A DNA stretch of 38,412 nucleotides from Dehalococcoidia bacterium (GTDB taxonomy: Bacteria; Chloroflexota; Dehalococcoidia; Lucifugimonadales; UBA3495). The notes beneath the pieces were generated by a model. It was not told the origin of the DNA and made no database searches. It saw only the letters and a program-made list of their open reading frames with translations. The stretch lies in the NCBI GenBank assembly GCA_027249445.1, contig JAPNTN010000049.1, positions 1 through 38,412 of the forward strand. The letters are read 5' to 3'. Below, piece by piece: positions 28,238-33,950 of this stretch (position 1 is the stretch's first letter; every line of letters starts with the position of its first letter). Position numbers and translations under genes: made by a program.

Positions 28238-28585
28238 TTAGCCCATGTCGCCCAGGGTTCTACCACCTAACAAATGCATATGCATATGATCAATTTCTTG
28301 GCCAGAATCACTTCCCTGGTTAAGGACCAACCTAAATCCTGTCCCAGTAACACCTTCACGTCGAGCCATCTCTTCAGCGACCACAAACATGTGACCAATA
28401 AGAGATTCTTGGTTTGGGCCAATTTGCGCAAGCGACGTCAGAGGCATGATTGGAACAATCAACAAGTGAACAGGTGCCTTCGGGTTTATATCGCGAATAA
28501 CTATAACTTGTTCATCTCTATAAATAGGAGCAGGGTGCAAAGGATCCCGTGCGATATCCGAAAATACTGATTGATTTGTAGCCAT
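28238..28585 (-). CDS. HIT (histidine triad) family nucleotide hydrolase/transferase
   Basis: 115 aa. IRDINPKAPVHLLIVP and the triad HMHMHLLGG. Confidence 0.88.
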   Translation of the reverse strand: MATNQSVFSDIARDPLHPAPIYRDEQVIVIRDINPKAPVHLLIVPIMPLTSLAQIGPNQESLIGHMFVVAEEMARREGVTGTGFRLVLNQGSDSGQEIDHMHMHLLGGRTLGDMG

Positions 28586-28620
28586 AGCTACCTCCGCATA
28601 AACATATAAGATTTGTCGTA

Positions 28621-29754
28621 CTAGTCGTCAATATGCTCTAACACAGTTGTTTTGTGATCATGAACATCACCATACATCAGCTGCTGTACTTTGGCTCGTC
28701 TTGTATAAAGCTGTAGATTATGCTCCTTTGTGAAACCTATCGCGCCGTGACACTGATGAGCCGTAGAACAAACCCTGGCATATGCACCGGTTATCCAAAC
28801 CTTTGCCATCGATACTTCCCTAGCACATTCCAAGTTCTCTGATATACGCCAAGCAGCATGGTATGCCATATGACGGCTACCTTCCACATCTGATGCCATA
28901 TTAGCGCAGTGATGTTGTATAGCTTGAAAACTTCCTATTGGCCTCCCGAATTGGGTTCTCTGCTTTGCGTATTCGACAGTCATATCTAATACTGCTTCGG
29001 CACCACCAAGCATTTCTATGCAATTAGCGGAGACGGCACGCTGCAACATTTTTTCCACTATCGGCCAACCTAGGTCCACCTCTCCAATAACATTACTATT
29101 GGGAACTGTGACATTATTGAAATGCATTTCACAATGTCGCTCCCCACCAATACTATTCAATAAACTGACAGTTATGCCTTCATTATCCATAGGCACAACA
29201 AATATGGTAATTCCAGAGTTCGCATCACCAGATTCTGTTGTTCGTGTAACTACTAGAACAGACTGAGCCGCATCTGCATCTGGAACAAACAGCTTGGTTC
29301 CGTTTAAGACATAGCTATCACCTTGACTCGAGGCCGTCATATGAATACCCCAAGGCTGGTAAGAACCTTCTTCCTCCAGCATAGCTACCGTTAGAATATG
29401 ACTCCCATCACATACACCGGGAATAACTTCTTGCTTCTGCAGATCGGAACCAGCATCAAGAACTGTAAGGCCTCCCAACACAACGCTAGAAAAAAACGGA
29501 GTCGGCAGCAAGCTTCTACCCATCTCTTCCAGAAGAACCGCAAGATCTGCAAAGTTAGCTCCTGTGCCGCCAAATTCTTCAGGAAACACCAGACCAGTCC
29601 ATCCAAGACTTACAACTTGCTTCCATAAAGTCTCAGAATAACCTTTATTACTCTCTTCTAATTCCCGGACTAATGTGAGCGGGCACTCCTGGCTCAGGAA
29701 TTCTCTGGCACTATTCTTCAGCATTTGCTGTATTTCGGTTAAACCTAGATCCAT
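28621..29754 (-). CDS. acyl-CoA dehydrogenase family protein
   Basis: 377 aa. FPEEFGG, LNGTKLFV, FGRPIGSFQAIQH and GAIGFT motifs. GGAGG SD. Confidence 0.88.
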   Translation of the reverse strand: MDLGLTEIQQMLKNSAREFLSQECPLTLVRELEESNKGYSETLWKQVVSLGWTGLVFPEEFGGTGANFADLAVLLEEMGRSLLPTPFFSSVVLGGLTVLDAGSDLQKQEVIPGVCDGSHILTVAMLEEEGSYQPWGIHMTASSQGDSYVLNGTKLFVPDADAAQSVLVVTRTTESGDANSGITIFVVPMDNEGITVSLLNSIGGERHCEMHFNNVTVPNSNVIGEVDLGWPIVEKMLQRAVSANCIEMLGGAEAVLDMTVEYAKQRTQFGRPIGSFQAIQHHCANMASDVEGSRHMAYHAAWRISENLECAREVSMAKVWITGAYARVCSTAHQCHGAIGFTKEHNLQLYTRRAKVQQLMYGDVHDHKTTVLEHIDD

Positions 29755-29918
29755 CCATCCTCCATTTTCTGCATTAAACGAGAGCGAACGTAGTATATCT
29801 TATCGGATCATCGCTCTCAACAGATCCTTCATCACTACTCCCATTATTCTAGATCATTCAAAAAATCAAACGCCCCAACTACTATTAAGATGTTAAATAT
29901 TTGCACGCCTGTTTTATG

Positions 29919-29932
29919 TAGAATATATTCTA
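29919..29932. promoter_or_regulatory. perfect 14-bp palindrome TAGAATATATTCTA upstream of the B12-XRE regulator gene
   Basis: Lies in the 339-bp divergent AT-rich intergenic region. Same half-site family and N2 spacing as TAGAACAAGTTCTA at 31456-31469. It also reads as a -10-like TAGAAT on both strands. Confidence 0.45.
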
Positions 29933-30093
29933 TATATTGCCCAGTCATCAATCACGCCATTCGTGACTATTTCAAGCACAAAACAAACCGCACACTTCTT
30001 GCGTTTATAAAATATTTGTGTACAATATGGATAACATTGACGATGAACAAACACATCAAATACAGCTATCTATAGCACTGGAGGGACTCGTAT

Positions 30094-30972
30094 ATGAGTA
30101 CAGACGATTTAGTAACAACTAAACTGAGTGATCGTTACCTAGACGCTCTAATCCGGAGAGATCCCGACACCACGATATCTGTTATAGAAGATGCTATACG
30201 CCAAGGGCTGAGCCCAGTCAGTATACTGGTTTCAATCGTTGGCAAATCCCAGATTCGAGTCGGTGAAATGTGGCACACCGGTGAGATAAACATAGCGCAG
30301 GAGCATCTTGCAACCCAGATGACACTAGACGTTATGGACCAAATGAGACAGCGCTACCACGCTACCACGAAATGGGGAATCAAGGCAGTTGTAACATGCG
30401 TAGAAGGTAATTTCCATTACGTGGGATCCCGAATGATCGCAGACCTTTTACTAGTAGACGGATGGGACGTTGAATTCCTAGGAGCAGACACACCAACTCA
30501 CGATTTAGTTGAGTTCGTACGCCAGGGCCACCCCGAACTTGTCGCCTTATCCGTTTCTATGAAAGAAGACCTTAGTACAGCAGAGCAAATAATCACGCAA
30601 TTGAGAAGACTGCCCGATTCACCCAGAATATTACTAGGAGGATACGGCGTTACCGATACCGATCAAGTTGAGGGACTTGGACCGGACGGATTTGCCATCG
30701 ACGCATACAGTGCAATCCAGGAGGCTCGCCGCCTTGGAGGACTCTCAAAGGATCCTTTAAGTCTAAATGAATACTTAATAGTGATGGGCTCCAGAGTACA
30801 GGATTTGAGAAAAGGAAGAAGTTGGAATCAAGAACAATTAGCCCAAGCCTCTTCATTGGACAGAACCTACATAAGTGCCGTCGAGAACGGGAAACAGAAC
30901 CTGACGATCGGGGTAGTCTTAAAACTTGCCGAGGCCTTAGAAGTACCCATCGGACAGCTCCTTTCAGACTAA
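30094..30972 (+). CDS. CarH-like cobalamin-binding photoreceptor module fused to a C-terminal XRE-family HTH (putative light-responsive transcriptional regulator)
   Basis: 292 aa with GGAGGG SD. W60-x9-E70-H71 (WHTGEINIAQEH, nt 30271-30306). B12 Rossmann domain with EGNFHYVG (His108, nt 30415-30417), VALSVSM and ILLGG. C-terminal Cro/C1 HTH QEQLAQASSLDRTYISAVENGKQNLT (about nt 30763-30966). Confidence 0.8.
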   Translation: MSTDDLVTTKLSDRYLDALIRRDPDTTISVIEDAIRQGLSPVSILVSIVGKSQIRVGEMWHTGEINIAQEHLATQMTLDVMDQMRQRYHATTKWGIKAVVTCVEGNFHYVGSRMIADLLLVDGWDVEFLGADTPTHDLVEFVRQGHPELVALSVSMKEDLSTAEQIITQLRRLPDSPRILLGGYGVTDTDQVEGLGPDGFAIDAYSAIQEARRLGGLSKDPLSLNEYLIVMGSRVQDLRKGRSWNQEQLAQASSLDRTYISAVENGKQNLTIGVVLKLAEALEVPIGQLLSD

Positions 30973-30992
30973 CTCCATTCCTTTTGCAACTT

Positions 30993-31030
30993 CACAGAGA
31001 GGATAATTCTTATGGAATGTCCTCTCTGTG
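30993..31030. terminator. 11-bp inverted repeat between convergent genes (possible bidirectional terminator)
   Basis: CACAGAGAGGA-N16-TCCTCTCTGTG, with an inner ATTC/GAAT pairing. It lies between the stops at 30972 (+) and 31038 (-). No strong U-tract. Confidence 0.45.
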
Positions 31031-31037
31031 AATCACC

Positions 31038-31232
31038 TTACGCAGCTTTCCTACGAGGCCTACGGCGACGAACCTGCTCAGGTATAAATACGTTCTCATC
31101 GATTTCCTGAGGCTCAGATACTGTCCCAGCGAAATAACGACCGCATTGAACACACGTTACAAACGGACCAAAACTATCCCTGCTCTCATATAGATCTCCC
31201 TTACATTTCTGACACGACTTAAACCAGAACAC
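31038..31232 (-). CDS. small zinc-ribbon protein with Arg-rich C-terminal tail
   Basis: 64 aa, GTG start with GAGGTGA SD. CQKC-x16-CVQC zinc ribbon. Tail RRRRPRRKAA. Confidence 0.6.
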   Translation of the reverse strand: MFWFKSCQKCKGDLYESRDSFGPFVTCVQCGRYFAGTVSEPQEIDENVFIPEQVRRRRPRRKAA

Positions 31233-31380
31233 TTCTCACCTCTCTTCAGCAGGTCTGTATATTTTGGATTCACCCGCTAAATCTATTTCGGACTTGCCTT
31301 ATCTCTACACCTACACAGATCATCTGTTTTTAATTTAATGTCTAACAAATCCTACGTTTCAACCAATTTGTACGATATAG

Positions 31381-31410
31381 TTGACAAACAAGTCCTTAGA
31401 TGTCTAGAAT
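31381..31410 (+). promoter_or_regulatory. near-consensus sigma-70-type promoter (TTGACA-18 nt-TAGAAT) facing the DUF378...photolyase genes
   Basis: TTGACA at 31381-31386 and TAGAAT at 31405-31410. The next downstream gene starts at 31586. Confidence 0.5.
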
Positions 31411-31423
31411 AATACACATAACG

Positions 31424-31469
31424 TAGAACACTGTCAACATTTAAGTTAATTAATGTAGAACAAGTTCTA
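31424..31469. promoter_or_regulatory. operator-like sites: TAGAAC (31424-31429) and palindrome TAGAACAAGTTCTA (31456-31469)
   Basis: Located just downstream of the putative -10. Same half-site as the 25.6-kb cluster. TAGAAC is followed by ACTGTCAA (31430-31437), an octamer also present at 25674-25681 next to GTTCTA. Confidence 0.5.
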
Positions 31470-31585
31470 TAAAAACTAATAAAGAACTGTAATCAGTGAA
31501 AGGAGATATTTATAAACACCAGGTGTTCCACAATTAACGACACAAGGTTGTATAACTTAATCTACATAAATGAAAGGACATAATT

Positions 31586-31783
31586 ATGACAATGGTGCAA
31601 AACATAGCAATTATTCTCGCAGCCGTAGGGGCGCTCAATTGGGGTTTGGTGGGCTTGTTTAAATTTGACTTGGTGGCCCTCATTGCGGGAGGCAAATCAT
31701 TTGGAGAAGTAAATATTCTATCTAGGATCATCTATCTGCTAGTAGCAGTATCGGGCGTTGTAGCAGTAACAACCTTAGCTTGA
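31586..31783 (+). CDS. DUF378-family small membrane protein
   Basis: 65 aa. AAVGALNWGLVGLFKFDLVA is the characteristic DUF378 motif. Two TM helices. AAAGGA SD. Confidence 0.75.
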   Translation: MTMVQNIAIILAAVGALNWGLVGLFKFDLVALIAGGKSFGEVNILSRIIYLLVAVSGVVAVTTLA

Positions 31784-31786
31784 TCC

Positions 31787-31807
31787 AAGTCATACCCAGT
31801 ATGACTT
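31787..31807 (+). terminator. 9-bp stem / 3-nt loop hairpin after the DUF378 gene (weak terminator or attenuator)
   Basis: AAGTCATAC-CCA-GTATGACTT followed by TATAG. It starts 4 nt after the stop codon. Confidence 0.3.
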
Positions 31808-31839
31808 TATAGCAACTAAATCAAAGGAGCGGTAATTAC

Positions 31840-32079
31840 ATGGACATAAGAGAGATAAATACATTAATCATAAAAACTCGCACTTCAATGAGTGACCTTA
31901 TAAATAAATGGGAAAGGTTTATGGTCTCTCGAAAAGCACCTCCTCGCAGAGTTCTAGACCCGTTAAACGTATTGAGTCCAAGTTTGCCTGCTGTAATTGC
32001 ACGCTCCACCAGAAGAATAAACGACCCTAGCTTAACGTTGGCGGAAGCTGAAATTCTGGGAAGGATAAACCTATCATGA
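31840..32079 (+). CDS. hypothetical protein (79 aa), no recognisable family
   Basis: AAAGGAG SD 8 nt upstream of the ATG. Basic, Pro/Arg-rich centre (SRKAPPRRVLDP). Co-oriented within the putative operon. Confidence 0.55.
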   Translation: MDIREINTLIIKTRTSMSDLINKWERFMVSRKAPPRRVLDPLNVLSPSLPAVIARSTRRINDPSLTLAEAEILGRINLS

Positions 32080-32132
32080 ATCTACTAGACCAAGAACAAA
32101 ACCAAGAATTAAACAACAATAAGGAGAAAAAA

Positions 32133-32333
32133 ATGACAGACAACAACATGGAAATTGGCACATGGACACAATTAGCTGAATCGCTTTACGAATTCCTTAA
32201 TCGCAGAGGAACCACTATCGAATACACCTTTGCTGATATGGAAGTTATGGTACCTAAATCTACCGGCGCAGATGCTCCTCAGGCACGTTGGAATTTGAAT
32301 GGGAGTGTAAGACTCCGCACCTGGGAGTCGTAA
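32133..32333 (+). CDS. hypothetical small protein (66 aa), possibly amphi-Trp-domain-like
   Basis: ATG at 32133 has AAGGAG 7 nt upstream. The ORF track starts at 32076, overlapping the previous stop as ATGA. Trp near both ends (GTWTQLAESLYEFL ... VRLRTWES) and a beta-rich centre. The family call is from memory and tentative. Confidence 0.5.
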   Translation: MTDNNMEIGTWTQLAESLYEFLNRRGTTIEYTFADMEVMVPKSTGADAPQARWNLNGSVRLRTWES

Positions 32334-32338
32334 ACATA

Positions 32339-32710
32339 GTGATAGATGTTAAAAATGAACGTTTTAATGTGACTGGAACCGTGCGAGTAGAAATAGATGA
32401 AATGACCAGCAACATTACCGGAACAGGAAACGTCATAGACATAGAACTGTCACTAGTAGACAAAATTTTGACCCATTGGGGTAGGAAACTACCCCAAAAG
32501 TCAAAAAATCTTTCTGATGCCAGTGAAGTGCTTAAACGCACTGGATTGACTGTCAGGGTTCTCAACAATAACAAGCCAATAGTGATCGTAGGAGAACAAG
32601 CTAAACCTGGATTGTTAAATAAAATATTTAAATCAAGAAACATTCAATGGAAACCAAATTTGGCTTTGATCAAATTTGCCCTGAAACATAAGAAGCAAAA
32701 GCAGTTTTAA
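32339..32710 (+). CDS. hypothetical protein (123 aa), beta-rich N-terminal half, Lys-rich C-terminus
   Basis: In-frame GTG at 32339, 5 nt after the previous stop, with GGGAG about 11 nt upstream. The TTG at 32288 in the ORF track would overlap the previous gene by 46 nt. No family recognised. Confidence 0.5.
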   Translation: MIDVKNERFNVTGTVRVEIDEMTSNITGTGNVIDIELSLVDKILTHWGRKLPQKSKNLSDASEVLKRTGLTVRVLNNNKPIVIVGEQAKPGLLNKIFKSRNIQWKPNLALIKFALKHKKQKQF

Positions 32711-32733
32711 TCACAATTATCGGGAGTATAAAA

Positions 32734-33918
32734 ATGAAATGGACTATTCTAGACGCCGACAAAACAGTATTGGATCCTTCTGGAGTCGATGCCTTTATTG
32801 ATCGGATGGATAAAGAACTACGAGCAGGAGGTCCACCGCTTGAGGGCTTCAAGTCTCTCTATTCCAGTCAAGAGATGCTTCAAATCACACGTGAAATAGA
32901 AAATGAAATAACGAAAGTGCCTGATTCCCAATCAACTCTATATGTCGGTTTTCAAACAGTGGATAAATTCCTAAACGAGACTGAGAGATATACGTACATG
33001 AGCACGTTGGGAATTCCGGTAGTTGGTTTTGGTCAAGGTAACGTGCCTGACCAGAACAACGTTCCCGCAGAACAATGGGTATCATTACCAACTGATTTAT
33101 TAGCTTTTGAAAACCAGTGGTACTTAATATCGGCATCACCAAACCCCATAATATTTATAGGTTGGGAAACATCTAGTCCTGAGCTTTTCGGGCTAGGCGG
33201 GATCTCTACAGAAGGAAAAGAATTCCGTGGATTTGTCTCAAATGACGAGAGAATAATTGATGCCGCGATAAATTATCTCGAGCGAGTTAGGAAACAGAAT
33301 GGTCCTACAGCTTCCCTGCCCCTAATGCAGCTATCCGAGGAAATACCTTTTCCGATTAGTCGCATCATGATGGTGACTGACGATAATCAAAATGAACAAA
33401 TTGACTCAATGCGTAAAGAGATAAGTTCGTTCGCAGCAGAAAATGAAGCTTACGTTATGTTATATGACATTTCAGCAGCATCATATTTAGTGAATCCATA
33501 TCCGTCAGGAGAAGTAGAAAAAACTTCCACTAAAGTCTTACATACTCAAGATCTAGGTTTAATGGGGAGACAGTATCTTGTTGAGCAGCTGGACCATCTT
33601 AATAATAATGAACTATGTGCCGGAGTAATATTAGCGACTGAGCACGGGTTCAAACATCTAGCGGAATGGGCTGAAAGCGAAAACGCGGACCTGATTATGA
33701 TTCCGCAGAGCTTGGTCAACCCCGGACTAATTGACCGGATAAAGGGCTATACTCTTCGAAAGTTGCTTGAAGCCACAACTATTCCCATCATTGTGTATAA
33801 GGATTCGACATCGTCATGGATGCGAACACGCAAAGTGTTTAAATCTAATGCTGATATGGATCATCAACTAAATGTATCTGATTACCCAACACCAAAAGCG
33901 GTTAGCCCACTAGCATGA
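32734..33918 (+). CDS. DICT sensory domain protein with C-terminal universal-stress-protein (USP)-like domain
   Basis: 394 aa with GGGAG SD. The DICT pattern has three segments: LQITREIENEI...LYVGFQTVDKFLNETERYTYMSTLGIPVVGFG; QWYLISASPNPIIFIGWE; FRGFVSNDERIIDAAINYLE. The C-terminal half runs RIMMVTDD...ADLIMIPQS...LLEATTIPIIVY, like a USP fold lacking the ATP-binding Gly motif. Confidence 0.7.
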   Translation: MKWTILDADKTVLDPSGVDAFIDRMDKELRAGGPPLEGFKSLYSSQEMLQITREIENEITKVPDSQSTLYVGFQTVDKFLNETERYTYMSTLGIPVVGFGQGNVPDQNNVPAEQWVSLPTDLLAFENQWYLISASPNPIIFIGWETSSPELFGLGGISTEGKEFRGFVSNDERIIDAAINYLERVRKQNGPTASLPLMQLSEEIPFPISRIMMVTDDNQNEQIDSMRKEISSFAAENEAYVMLYDISAASYLVNPYPSGEVEKTSTKVLHTQDLGLMGRQYLVEQLDHLNNNELCAGVILATEHGFKHLAEWAESENADLIMIPQSLVNPGLIDRIKGYTLRKLLEATTIPIIVYKDSTSSWMRTRKVFKSNADMDHQLNVSDYPTPKAVSPLA

Positions 33919-33950
33919 AATATTGTAATTCAGTGTGGGAGATAGATTAA

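Noticed and set aside
29675-30075. Small ORFs (73 and 61 aa) in the AT-rich region upstream of the B12-XRE gene
   Set aside because: No SD, AT-driven composition (Ile/Lys/Tyr/Cys-rich), and overlap with the likely promoter/operator region. Treated as non-coding.
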